Shown one piece after another: positions 18,450 through 27,830 of a stretch of 64,000 nucleotides of DNA. The translations under genes and the position numbers were made by a program. Source of the DNA: an uncultured Candidatus Saccharibacteria bacterium. GTDB taxonomy: Bacteria > Patescibacteriota > Minisyncoccia > Phycocordibacterales > SBAW01. Position 1 is the stretch's first letter, and each line of letters starts with the position of its first letter. The stretch lies in contig CAZTNI010000002.1 of the NCBI GenBank assembly GCA_964615415.1, forward strand, positions 4,873 through 68,872, given 5' to 3'. The notes under the pieces are model-generated. The model was not told the DNA's origin and searched no databases. It saw nothing but the letters and a program-made list of their open reading frames with translations.

Positions 18450-19223
18450 ATGGGACAAAATATCCCTGACTACACGCTTGATCATCCGGAAGTGCAGGAG
18501 GCAAAAAAAGCGTATCAAAAAGCACATCCAGTTGTAAGTGCACAAGAAGGTATGTTTGAGCGCCTCTTTGCTCTTTTCAAGCAACACGCCTCATTTGTAG
18601 AAATAGCGAGGAAAGTGGGCACTTCCAGGCTCCATATTAGTAAAGCGTACGCATTTTTTCGTCCCTTCTGCGAAAATAAATCCCACCGGGAACGGCGTAG
18701 TTATACTGAAGCGCGAGTGCGAGCACAGAAACGCCTTACGGTTGAGAAAACAGGAGTACCTCCTTCCCCTCAGGTTAGACTCGTGATGAATAAAGCACGA
18801 GAACTTGGATACCGGGTGGATATGGTAGCTCATTATGTAGATAAGGAAGGGATGTGGATGCCGTATAAGCGCTTGCTGCGGATAAACTGGCGCATCTGCG
18901 CAGTGATGCGAGGGACTGGCTTTTTTTCAAATGGACACCCATCAGGACGTGCAGTCTTTCATGTTTCTCAGTCAGTGGTAGTAGGTGCTGAAGCAGTGAT
19001 CTTTCTTGTAGAGACGGAGGGTAAAAGGGCACGATTCTTTATAGTGCCGTCTAGCGTAGTTGCAGCAGCTTACTTTGAAGGAACAGATAGGACGCACACA
19101 ATCATCGCCTTTTCGTTAAAGAAAAGGAAGAGATGGGGAGGGCCATCCTCTCGAGTGGACTATCTCGAATATGAGGATCGGTGGGACGTGCTCGCTGATG
19201 ATATTAAAAAAGCTCAGGCCTAA
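18450..19223 (+). CDS. Hypothetical basic protein (possible N-terminal HTH)
   Basis: Long ORF filling the gap; GAGGT SD; SFVEIARKVGTSR is HTH-like. Confidence 0.65.
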   Translation: MGQNIPDYTLDHPEVQEAKKAYQKAHPVVSAQEGMFERLFALFKQHASFVEIARKVGTSRLHISKAYAFFRPFCENKSHRERRSYTEARVRAQKRLTVEKTGVPPSPQVRLVMNKARELGYRVDMVAHYVDKEGMWMPYKRLLRINWRICAVMRGTGFFSNGHPSGRAVFHVSQSVVVGAEAVIFLVETEGKRARFFIVPSSVVAAAYFEGTDRTHTIIAFSLKKRKRWGGPSSRVDYLEYEDRWDVLADDIKKAQA

Positions 19224-19239
19224 GTCTGAGCTTTTCTTT

Positions 19240-20442
19240 TTACTTAATTTTTGGTCGGCGGAGGAAGGAAGGGACTGCGCTCCACTCATCATCGTCTTTC
19301 TCTTCCGGCTTCGGCTTCATTTCAGTATTCAAGAGAGGTTTTACGTCCTCTTTTTCCTTAATAACTGGAGCTGATGGCGCGTTGTAGATTTTACCTACTG
19401 GAGGGAGGTCGAGCTCCTGTTCTTTAGGAGCGCTAGACTCGCTGCGGCTGAAGTTAAAGAGCGGTGTGCCGCGTGGAGCAATGCCGGGTGCAGGGAAGCC
19501 AGTTGCAATAACGGTAACGCGGATCTCGTTCTTCTTGAGTTTTTCGTCGCGCACTGCGCCGAAGATGATCTTTGCGTTCGGGTCGACAGACTCGGTGATA
19601 ATTTTTGCAGCCTCGTGCACTTCAAGCATACCGAGGTCTTCGCCGCCAGCGATAGCAAACAAAACACCCTTTGCGCCATTAATTGAAAGTTCGATAAGTG
19701 GAGACGACACCGCAGCTTGTGCAGCAACCTGTGCGCGATTTTCGCCCGATGCAACACCGACACCCATGAGCGCGGTGCCTGCATTTTCCATAACTGCACG
19801 AATATCGGCAAAGTCGACGTTGATGATACCCGGGTTGGTGATGAGGTCAGAGATACCCTCGACTGCTTGCTTAAGCACATCGTCACACATAGCGAACGCT
19901 TGCTTAAGCGTAGTGTCTTTACCTACCGTTGCAAGGAGGCGATCGTTCGGGATGATGATCAGTGCGTCAACTTCTTTGCGAAGTTCTTCGAGGCCTTGTT
20001 CAGCAAGACGCATGCGCTGCGCACCTTCGAATGAAAATGGTTTCGTCACAACGCCGACTGTAAGCGCACCAAGTTCTTTTGCAGTTTTTGCAACAACAGG
20101 TGCAGCGCCAGTGCCGGTACCGCCGCCCATACCACACGCAACAAAGACCATGTCAGATCCTTTAAGAACCTGCTGGACTTCTTCTTTTGTTTCTTCGGCT
20201 GCGCGCTTGCCGATGTCTGGATTCATACCAGCGCCAAGGCCGCGCGTGAGGTTTTTACCAATATGAATTTTCTTTTTAGAGAGAGATTGATGGAGATCTT
20301 GTGCGTCAGTGTTAACGTTGATGAAGTCAACGCCGCGCATCTTTGACTCAACCATGTGGTTGACCACGTTCTTGCCAGATCCGCCTACTCCGACGACTCG
20401 TATACGTGCAAATGATTCAACTTCAGGCTGTATTTGCGGCAT
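19240..20442 (-). CDS. ftsZ: Cell division protein FtsZ
   Basis: GMGGGTGTG, INVDFAD, C-terminal VPSFLRR. Confidence 0.98.
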   Translation of the reverse strand: MPQIQPEVESFARIRVVGVGGSGKNVVNHMVESKMRGVDFINVNTDAQDLHQSLSKKKIHIGKNLTRGLGAGMNPDIGKRAAEETKEEVQQVLKGSDMVFVACGMGGGTGTGAAPVVAKTAKELGALTVGVVTKPFSFEGAQRMRLAEQGLEELRKEVDALIIIPNDRLLATVGKDTTLKQAFAMCDDVLKQAVEGISDLITNPGIINVDFADIRAVMENAGTALMGVGVASGENRAQVAAQAAVSSPLIELSINGAKGVLFAIAGGEDLGMLEVHEAAKIITESVDPNAKIIFGAVRDEKLKKNEIRVTVIATGFPAPGIAPRGTPLFNFSRSESSAPKEQELDLPPVGKIYNAPSAPVIKEKEDVKPLLNTEMKPKPEEKDDDEWSAVPSFLRRPKIK

Positions 20443-20522
20443 AGTGACTCGCAGTATACCACTTACACAGGGAATGCAAACCCCTACACTCAAAAACCTA
20501 TGTTTGACAACATTTTTTCCCT

Positions 20523-21701
20523 TTAGGGAAGAAACTTTTTAAACCAGCGCCAGAGGGCTTTCGGTAGCTCGCCGAGAGAACTTTCTTCTTGTGGTTCAAA
20601 GTCGCCCCCTTGGTTGAGTCCCCAGATGGTGAGACCATATGCAACAGCCCATGAACCATCTTTTAATTGCATTTTAGAGCCAGGCCCTTCTTCAATAGAG
20701 GCGGTGCGAGAAGGAAGGTGCAGTACTGCTTTTGCTAAATCTGCCATGGTCTGCACGGAGGATCCTCCACCCGTTAAAATAATGCCGCCGGGGAGGAGTT
20801 CGTTTTTACCGATCTTTTTTAGATGTGCCTCAACGAGTTTAAACATGTCCGACACGCGATGCGAAATAAGTTCGTCTATTTTTCGTTTTGGAAATGGTGC
20901 ACCAAGGACCGCGCCTTGTTTTAATTGTTCGGCTTCTTCGGGAGAAATGCGCAACCCGAGCGCGATGTCGTGTGTAATGTCAGACGATCCCATAGGAAAT
21001 ACTTTTACGGAAATCGGAATATCATCTTCAAACACGATAATCGAAAGAGTTTCTGAACCGATGTTTGCAAGGACACAGCCGACGCGCTTTTGCATTTTGC
21101 CGAGCGCGACAAAACTTGCTGCAAGCGGGGAGGCCACAACGTCTTCAACCTCGATTCCTGCTTCCTCGACAGCGCTGACCAGGTCGTGCACATGGCGCTC
21201 AAGCGCGGTGATGAATAACGTTTCAACAGAGAGGCGCATGCCTTTCATGCCGACAGGAGTTTTACCCATCACTCGCGACCCGTCGACTGCAAACCGCAAG
21301 GGAATCGTATGAATAATTTTTCGGTTAAGTGTTGCTGCTGGGGCGAGTGCGCCTTCGCTTGCTGCAATTGCGCGCGGCACATCGCGTCCCGTTATTTCAG
21401 AGTCACCCCGCTCGACAACTGTTTCTCCACGAGAAAAAGCCTCGTCGAGCCCTGCGCCGCCAACACCCACATACGCGCGTTTTACCTTAACCCCAGCGGC
21501 TTTAGAGGCCTGGTTCACCGCTGCAGCAATACTGCGTGCGACGTCTGGTGTGGAAATAATATAGCCGTGTTTGAGTCCGCGACTTTCTGCGTATCCAGTT
21601 CCTAAAATTTGAGGAGCTTCACGAGGGTTGCTTGGATGAGCGGCGATGACTACTTTGACTTGGTACGAGCCGACATCAATTCCTGTGACGATTTTTTGCA
21701 T
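20523..21701 (-). CDS. ftsA: Cell division protein FtsA
   Basis: GIDVGS, AEQLK, LTGGGS; directly upstream of ftsZ. Confidence 0.95.
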   Translation of the reverse strand: MQKIVTGIDVGSYQVKVVIAAHPSNPREAPQILGTGYAESRGLKHGYIISTPDVARSIAAAVNQASKAAGVKVKRAYVGVGGAGLDEAFSRGETVVERGDSEITGRDVPRAIAASEGALAPAATLNRKIIHTIPLRFAVDGSRVMGKTPVGMKGMRLSVETLFITALERHVHDLVSAVEEAGIEVEDVVASPLAASFVALGKMQKRVGCVLANIGSETLSIIVFEDDIPISVKVFPMGSSDITHDIALGLRISPEEAEQLKQGAVLGAPFPKRKIDELISHRVSDMFKLVEAHLKKIGKNELLPGGIILTGGGSSVQTMADLAKAVLHLPSRTASIEEGPGSKMQLKDGSWAVAYGLTIWGLNQGGDFEPQEESSLGELPKALWRWFKKFLP

Positions 21702-22054
21702 AGATTGAAACGCTTGAGCAACCGCTCTTCCGCGTCATCCATTGTATCACTATGTTCGTGGCCCTTTATATGGAGTAACCCGTGGATAAAGAGATATCCT
21801 ATCGTGTATTCGCCCTTCCCTGAGGGACAGATAATGATCTCTCCCACATGTGTAGAGAGGGGAAATGCGAGCACGTTCGATACTTTGTCTTTGTGCTTGG
21901 TTTGCTTTGTAATACTGCGCGATTCGGCTGCGGCAACGAATACTAAAGAGATTTCATGGCGCTTTCCAAGTACTGCCTCTTTGATGCGCTGAAAAGGCAC
22001 CGGAGGAATTTTAGTCCGGGTGCGATTAGTGATAGAGAATGAGTCGCCCGACAT
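21650..22054 (-). CDS. ybeY: rRNA maturation RNase YbeY
   Basis: NVLAFP and IHGLLHIKGHEH metal motif. Confidence 0.9.
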   Translation of the reverse strand: MSGDSFSITNRTRTKIPPVPFQRIKEAVLGKRHEISLVFVAAAESRSITKQTKHKDKVSNVLAFPLSTHVGEIIICPSGKGEYTIGYLFIHGLLHIKGHEHSDTMDDAEERLLKRFNLCKKSSQELMSARTKSK

Positions 22055-22060
22055 TGCGTA

Positions 22061-22318
22061 TTAGCCGCGGCGTGGACCTCTGCCTGGAGTGCGTTCGAGC
22101 ATTTTGCCGAGCTTGATAAGCTCTGCAACCTCTTCGCGACGCTTGATAACCTTGAGTGTCTGCTTTTTGCGGACCTCGCGAGATTTAATGCGAGAGAAAT
22201 AGCGGCGGCCACGGACGCGCGGTACGATACCTGCTCCCTGGACACGCTTAGAAAAACGGCGGATCAAATTCACCGTCGTTTCGCCATCGTTTTTCTCTAC
22301 TTGTGCATTTACTGTCAT
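22061..22318 (-). CDS. rpsU: 30S ribosomal protein S21-like
   Basis: GETTVNLIRRFSKRVQGAGI...RRYF; small and basic. Confidence 0.75.
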   Translation of the reverse strand: MTVNAQVEKNDGETTVNLIRRFSKRVQGAGIVPRVRGRRYFSRIKSREVRKKQTLKVIKRREEVAELIKLGKMLERTPGRGPRRG

Positions 22319-22343
22319 GCCGGAAAATAATAGCACAAGGGGC

Positions 22344-23516
22344 TTATACTCGCAAGGTTTTGAGAAAACGGGGAATTTCCTTGAGTTGAACGGTTACTTG
22401 AGCGCTGTTTTTCATCGAGCGAACGATGACGGTACCGTCTAGGGCCTCGCGCTGGCCAATAATAAAGAGGTGGGACACCCCTTGGGCGTGCGCTTCGGCA
22501 AGCTGAGAAGAGAGTCGGCTTGCGTCAAACGACTGGAGCACTGGTACGTTTGCGGTGCGGAGCATGTCGAGGACAGAGAGGCCTTGGAGTTTCGCACGGG
22601 TGCCAAGCTGGGCAAAGTACACCTTCGGTTTGCGCGTGGTGACTTGGCAGGTGAATGACGACTGGGTAGCGCCCTTTTTACGGAAGAATACGCTTGCTGA
22701 GACACCGACACTGTTTTTAAAGCGATGTTCGCGCTTAAGGTATTCGTCATAGCGGCCCCCGAGCGAGCTGACAACCGTCGCATCTGCGCCATCCATGTCG
22801 ACAGCAAACGTAACGTGTTGTCCACGGTCGTCGCCCACCAAAGCGTCATCAAGTTCGTATGGGAGACCAAGGTTTTCCAAGTGCTCAAGGATCGAGCGGA
22901 AGTGCACGCGACTTTTTTCTGAAAGGAAATGCATCGGACGTGGACCTTCAAGTGCAATTTGACGGTGTGCTTCAATACCATCGCGGTAGAGGAGGAGCGG
23001 ATTTTGCAAAATGTCTCCGCGCTTCGTTTGGTCAAGACGGTCTGCGTGCTTGCGTACAAATAAAGCAATTTCGCGTTGGAAGCGCTGTTGTGAGTCTTTG
23101 TCGCCAAGTGCGTTAACCCGGATGCGCGACACGGGGAGGCCCCATTCTTCCATGATCATGGCAAGTGTTTTAAGGAGCACAATTTCTCCAACACTTTCAC
23201 TCGAGCCTATAACATGGAGGCCAAATTCCCCAACATCGCGTGGGTTGGTGTCTGCCAAGTAGGGCAGGTGGGTCGGAGACGGGGTCGCATAAAACGCCAA
23301 GACAGGCTCCTGGGGACGTAGCGACGCGTATGCGCTACAAAGTTGTGATGATGATTGGAATGTAAATGCTCCTCGTACTTTTTCAAACTGTGTGCTCGAG
23401 TTTCCCTGCTCGCGCAATGCCTTCTCTACTTCGCGCATGGGGCGGAAGCCGTAAAATGATGATACGTCTGCAGCGTGCTTAAGGAACGATGCTGGAGAGA
23501 CTCGTGCGGTTGCCAT
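22344..23516 (-). CDS. Degenerate histidyl-tRNA synthetase-like protein with HGTP anticodon-binding domain
   Basis: YGF (motif 1 region), INS/LGD-like VNALGD, GGRYD, C-terminal IIGQREALDGTVIVRSM; motif 2 RxE not evident. Confidence 0.75.
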   Translation of the reverse strand: MATARVSPASFLKHAADVSSFYGFRPMREVEKALREQGNSSTQFEKVRGAFTFQSSSQLCSAYASLRPQEPVLAFYATPSPTHLPYLADTNPRDVGEFGLHVIGSSESVGEIVLLKTLAMIMEEWGLPVSRIRVNALGDKDSQQRFQREIALFVRKHADRLDQTKRGDILQNPLLLYRDGIEAHRQIALEGPRPMHFLSEKSRVHFRSILEHLENLGLPYELDDALVGDDRGQHVTFAVDMDGADATVVSSLGGRYDEYLKREHRFKNSVGVSASVFFRKKGATQSSFTCQVTTRKPKVYFAQLGTRAKLQGLSVLDMLRTANVPVLQSFDASRLSSQLAEAHAQGVSHLFIIGQREALDGTVIVRSMKNSAQVTVQLKEIPRFLKTLRV

Positions 23517-23545
23517 ATATTGAGCGGATGTCTAAGAGCTAGTGG

Positions 23546-24106
23546 CTAAAAGGACTGAGGCGTGCTGCCGGGAAAAATTGAAAGAGTGGACAGCGGCAGG
23601 AGTCGCACTAAGGCTCGTCCTACAATATGGTCTCGAGGTAAGGGACCCCATACGCGAGAGTCAGAACTTTCGGGGCGGTTGTCGCCCATAACAAAGAATT
23701 CGTCTTGTCCGAGTGTGAGTTCTAGGTTGCCGCCGTTTCCTTCGTTTACGACGTATGATTCTTGCAGTGTCTCCCAGGTGGTGCTTTGTGCGCTGCGTAC
23801 ACTAACAATGCCGCCGGAAATGCGAACTGTTTCGCCTGGTGTGCCGATAATGCGCTTAATAAAGTACTGCGTTGGATCCTTTGGATATTTAAAGATAACA
23901 ACATCGCCGCGGTCTGGTTCTGTAACGCGGTAGGAAAGCTCATCTACAATCAAGTACTGGCCGTTTTCAAACGTTGGGTCCATTGATGCGCCGCTTACGA
24001 TAAACGGCTGGGCGATAAAAAGACGCACCGGAACAACAATAACAACCGCAATAAGAGCAAATTTAAGGAGTTCTGTGAAAAAATTCTCACTTTTCTCCTG
24101 TGGCAT
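23546..24106 (-). CDS. lepB: Signal peptidase I
   Basis: SGASMDPT, YFIKRIIG, GDNRPESSDSR. Confidence 0.95.
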   Translation of the reverse strand: MPQEKSENFFTELLKFALIAVVIVVPVRLFIAQPFIVSGASMDPTFENGQYLIVDELSYRVTEPDRGDVVIFKYPKDPTQYFIKRIIGTPGETVRISGGIVSVRSAQSTTWETLQESYVVNEGNGGNLELTLGQDEFFVMGDNRPESSDSRVWGPLPRDHIVGRALVRLLPLSTLSIFPGSTPQSF

Positions 24107-24153
24107 GCACATCATTGTATGCGACCCGCAAAACAATGCAAGCGGTTGATGCA

Positions 24154-24254
24154 ACCACAAAGCACATAGTGCGAGAAAAATAGTCTGGCCCGAGAGGCTC
24201 CGAGCCGATACGGGAGAACCGAGGACTTTTTTCACGTACTATGTGCTTTGTGGT
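24154..24254 (+). repeat. Palindromic element copy 2 (lepB-pth intergenic)
   Basis: Perfect 17-bp IR ACCACAAAGCACATAGT (24154-24170 / 24238-24254); core matches the parB copy at 43 of 45 positions. Confidence 0.9.
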
Positions 24255-24266
24255 ACTCTGTTGAGT

Positions 24267-24818
24267 ATGCAATGGGTACTAGCAGGCCTCGGAAACCCAG
24301 GTGAAGAGTATATTGGTACCCGCCATAACATTGGGCGCGACATATTGGGCGCTATTGTAGAGAAAGACGGAGAGAAAAATACTCTTTTTGGCAAGAAGGC
24401 TAAGGTTATTTTCCCCGACACCTACATGAACAACTCGGGGAAGGACATTAAGGCTGTGGTAAAGACGGTTAAAGCAGCTGAAGGTCTTATTGTGGTACAT
24501 GACGACGTCGACCTGCCGCTTGGGAGAGTAAAAATCTCTTTTGGTTCCGGTCCTGGAGGGCATAATGGCGTTAAGTCAGTGCAAGCCGCAGTGAAGACGA
24601 AAGACTTTACGCGTATTCGCGTAGGGATCTCTCCATCGACTCCTATGGGCAAGCTTAAAAAACCAGATGGTAGTGAACTCGCGGACTTTGTCTTAGGAAA
24701 ATTTAAACCAGCGGAACAAGAAACACTTAAAAAAGTCCGCAAAACGGTTGCCGATGCACTTGAACTCATTCTTACAGAAGGTAGAGAGCGTGCAATGACC
24801 GAAATAAATTCCAAATAA
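24267..24818 (+). CDS. pth: Peptidyl-tRNA hydrolase
   Basis: GLGNPG, TRHNIG, YMNNSG, HDD, GGHNG. Confidence 0.97.
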   Translation: MQWVLAGLGNPGEEYIGTRHNIGRDILGAIVEKDGEKNTLFGKKAKVIFPDTYMNNSGKDIKAVVKTVKAAEGLIVVHDDVDLPLGRVKISFGSGPGGHNGVKSVQAAVKTKDFTRIRVGISPSTPMGKLKKPDGSELADFVLGKFKPAEQETLKKVRKTVADALELILTEGRERAMTEINSK

Positions 24819-24852
24819 AAATAAAACAGCTCTTTAAGAGCTGTTTTATTTT
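24818..24852. terminator. Intrinsic terminator, probably bidirectional
   Basis: AAAATAAAACAGCTC-TTTAA-GAGCTGTTTTATTTT. Confidence 0.8.
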
Positions 24853-24861
24853 CGGGGCGGA

Positions 24862-24960
24862 GTAAAACAAGTTGAGCAGGGGCTCCGCAGGCGCGACGGC
24901 GCCGAGGCTGAGCAAATTTCTAGCAAGAAATTATGAGTACCCTGCGAGACTTCGTTTTAC
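24862..24960. repeat. Branched palindromic element between pth and rpsA
   Basis: GTAAAAC/GTTTTAC, AAGTT/GACTT and GCAGGG/CCCTGC stems enclosing two hairpins. Confidence 0.6.
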
Positions 24961-24964
24961 GGAG

Positions 24965-26080
24965 CTATTTCTTCTCTGGAGTTCCGTAGGTCAATGCCAT
25001 GCGCATGTCCTTCGGCTCGAAGAGGGAGATAGTAAACGGATAGCGCTTGCCGAGTTCGAGTGCCTGACGAAGTTTTTCCTCGCTGCCAAACTCTGAGACG
25101 TGTACCAAGCCCGCGATGCCTTCCTCGATAGAGGCGAGTGCGCCGTGCTTGTTGAACTTGATGACAACGCCTTCGACTTTGTCGCCCTTGTTGTAGCGCT
25201 TGCCAGCCTCGCTCCAAGGATTTTCCTTGAGTGCTTTGACTGAAAGCGACACTTTGCCGTCCTTGATGTCGATAATTTTTACCTTGACGCGGTCGCCAAC
25301 TTTAAAGAAGTGGCGTGGATCATCAACAAGACCCCAGTCGATTTCAGAAATGTGTACGAGACCCTCGAGACCTTCTTCAATCTTCACGAAGACGCCGAAG
25401 TCCACCATGCCGGTTACCTCGCCTTCAACAACATCGCCCACCTGGTATGCGGCGATAAGCTGCTTCTTCTCTTTGTCGTCAATACCTTTTTCAGAGAAGA
25501 TAAGTTTGCCTTCCTTTGGAGATGCGCCAATAAGCGACACTGCGAGTTTTTCGCCTACCAACTTGCGGAGTTCATCAAGGATCTTGTCCTTGTCGCCATC
25601 CATAACGCGTGGGTAGTGCTCGGCCTTAAGCTGAGATGCAGGGAGGAAGCCTGCGATACCCTGCCACTCCATAATGAGACCGCCCTTGTTTGCCTCCTTA
25701 ACAACGAGCTCGAAGATAGTCTTGTTTTTAACTGCCTCTTCTGCCTCTGCCCACATAAGAGCCTGGCGAGCTTCCTTGAGAGAAAGTTCGATGTAGCCTT
25801 CCTTGCTGGTCGTAGAGATAACCTTTGCAGCAATGCGGTCGCCAACGTTGGTGCGCTTAATAACCTCGCGGGCATTCAAGTACTCGCGACCGAAGATAAC
25901 GCCGGTACCAAACGGCGGAAGGTCGATGTAGAGGCGTGCGCGGTCGAGCGCAATAACTGGACCCTCGACAATGTCTCCTTCTTTCGGAGGAGTAGGGGCC
26001 TTCTCTGCATATCCATGCATGAGGGTAACAACAGAACCGTCTTCTTTCGCAATATCTGCGACAGATTTCATAGCTGACAT
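24965..26080 (-). CDS. rpsA: 30S ribosomal protein S1 (four S1 domains)
   Basis: GFLPASQL, FGVFV, EGLVHISEI, GLVHVSE repeats. Confidence 0.9.
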   Translation of the reverse strand: MSAMKSVADIAKEDGSVVTLMHGYAEKAPTPPKEGDIVEGPVIALDRARLYIDLPPFGTGVIFGREYLNAREVIKRTNVGDRIAAKVISTTSKEGYIELSLKEARQALMWAEAEEAVKNKTIFELVVKEANKGGLIMEWQGIAGFLPASQLKAEHYPRVMDGDKDKILDELRKLVGEKLAVSLIGASPKEGKLIFSEKGIDDKEKKQLIAAYQVGDVVEGEVTGMVDFGVFVKIEEGLEGLVHISEIDWGLVDDPRHFFKVGDRVKVKIIDIKDGKVSLSVKALKENPWSEAGKRYNKGDKVEGVVIKFNKHGALASIEEGIAGLVHVSEFGSEEKLRQALELGKRYPFTISLFEPKDMRMALTYGTPEKK

Positions 26081-26254
26081 AAAATAATATTGATTTGTAC
26101 GATGGGTCCCTCAGGTCGAGGATTAATCCCATGCGCTTTACCTAATAATATCGAGTGAACCGATATTGCGAGCAAGAATAGCACAATTTTTAGCCTTTGC
26201 AAGGCAATAGAAAAGGCCGCCGCGATAGGTCGCGGCGGCCTGTACTGAGTGTGG

Positions 26255-26629
26255 CTACGAGAGAGCCGGTCTGCCCCAAAGGGGAAGGTAGGAGGCCCCT
26301 CGGGAGAGAAAGGCACCGACGGAATGCAGGGCTCCCCGAAACCGATCGCCGAGTGAAGGCTGCACCAGCGCTTCGAGTTCGACGATGACGATATCGAGCA
26401 TGGGGCCGAGTTCCTTGTCGCCGGGACCGAAGTCGAGACGACCATCTTCGTTGATAGCGAAGAACGGTTCAGGAACGGGAATCACTTCTCCCCCGCGCTG
26501 GCGAGCAAACATACCCGCCTCGTTCGAGAAGAACTCCGTGGTGGAGTTCGGGTCGAGCTGGGACGCGGCCGCCGCTACGACAAAGCATGCGCAGCCAGGA
26601 CCACAGCCAACAAAGCTTCTCTGTTGCAT
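26255..26629 (-). CDS. Hypothetical protein
   Basis: SD AAAGGA plus ATG; GC-rich codons; terminator at about 26214-26241. Confidence 0.6.
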   Translation of the reverse strand: MQQRSFVGCGPGCACFVVAAAASQLDPNSTTEFFSNEAGMFARQRGGEVIPVPEPFFAINEDGRLDFGPGDKELGPMLDIVIVELEALVQPSLGDRFRGALHSVGAFLSRGASYLPLWGRPALS

Positions 26630-26790
26630 GGAGCTTCCTTTCGTTGTGGGTACATCGTCCAACCAGGATGGGTGGGCATGGCTACTATACAACGATATAA
26701 GAAAAAGAAAATGCCCCCGTTTTGCTTTCACAAAACGGGGGACTTGGGGGAGCGTCAGCGTGGAAGGATGAGGGGAAAACCCCCTCGAGA

Positions 26791-27321
26791 TCAGGCAGCG
26801 ATACGCTGCCTGACGTTGTCGTTGGCGACAGTCAGCCTCTGGGCGCCGCCACCTCCGGGGCGGCGAGCCGTGCCGAAGCCGTGATCCACTTCGTGACGGC
26901 GAAGGCGGATCGTGCCACCGCGCCGGCCGAACCGAATCGTCGGGTCGTGCACGAGGGCGATGAGACCGTAGTCCGAGTCCTGGATAGGCACCGGGACGCG
27001 GTCGTTGTCGGCGCGGGCGAGGAGCATCGTGTAGAAGTCCTCGAACGGGTCGGCATCGAGCCGCGGCGGCGGTGTGGTCCAGTCATCGAGCGGATCCATC
27101 GGGATCGTGAGCGTGACCATGCCGGAGGCAGCGCCATTGCCGAAGGCGAGGTCCATCACCATGGCATCGAGAGGCGGGCCATGCAGGCCGACCATCACGA
27201 TTTCGAAGTCGGGGGTGATTCCGCCACCACCGCCAGGGTCTGCCGAAAGCGGACCGGCTGTGGCGTAGGGGCCGCAGACAGCCGCGACGGCGGCGCCTGC
27301 GAGAAGAAACGTGCGTTTCAT
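26791..27321 (-). CDS. Secreted hypothetical protein
   Basis: SD AGGAGG; signal peptide MKRTFLLAGAAVAAV; hairpin at about 26714-26740. Confidence 0.65.
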   Translation of the reverse strand: MKRTFLLAGAAVAAVCGPYATAGPLSADPGGGGGITPDFEIVMVGLHGPPLDAMVMDLAFGNGAASGMVTLTIPMDPLDDWTTPPPRLDADPFEDFYTMLLARADNDRVPVPIQDSDYGLIALVHDPTIRFGRRGGTIRLRRHEVDHGFGTARRPGGGGAQRLTVANDNVRQRIAA

Positions 27322-27678
27322 TCCGCCTTCCTCCTTCTGTTGCTAAAGAGCAGTTACGCCTCCGAATATACTCCAGTTGCAAAAAAGCGCAATAAGGGGC
27401 GTGTGCATAAAAAAGCCCCTCATTTTGAGGGGCTTTGGTTTGGGAGCGGTCTGTTGGTACGAGCCCTATTTTGTTTTCTCTCTTGGTAGAGAAGAACACT
27501 CAAGGGTTGTTCGTCGCTAGACTCCTTTGCCTCGTCAGAGGCGGTTCGTCGATCGGCGTGCCGTTCGTGGCTACGCCGTCATGGATGAGAGGTCGGCGCC
27601 GGCGTCATACTACTGGAGGGTGAGCGTGCGCTTCATCGAGCACTCCTGTGGTTGGGCCCAAAAGGACAGTACTTCTTA

Positions 27679-27707
27679 ACTATACACCCAACGGGTATGT
27701 TTGTCAA
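27679..27707 (-). promoter_or_regulatory. Sigma70 promoter
   Basis: TTGACA-17 nt-TATAGT on the minus strand. Confidence 0.7.
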
Positions 27708-27830
27708 GCTCTACCAAGTGTGTTCTAAAAATGGCCTAAAATAAGGCTTTTTAAGCCTATTTGCGAGTGTATACAAAACGAGCCCCATCGGCGAATGTCG
27801 ATGGGGCAGTAGTGAAAAAGGTCGAGACGG

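Noticed and set aside
21650-21701. 52-nt ybeY/ftsA overlap as a frameshift signal
   Set aside because: Both proteins are complete; most simply a non-conserved C-terminal run-on in a compact genome.
26722-27489. Long antisense ORFs (e.g. 26722-27489, 19466-20266, 47060-47875, 25310-26077)
   Set aside because: Shadow frames opposite better-supported genes; no motifs or expression signals.
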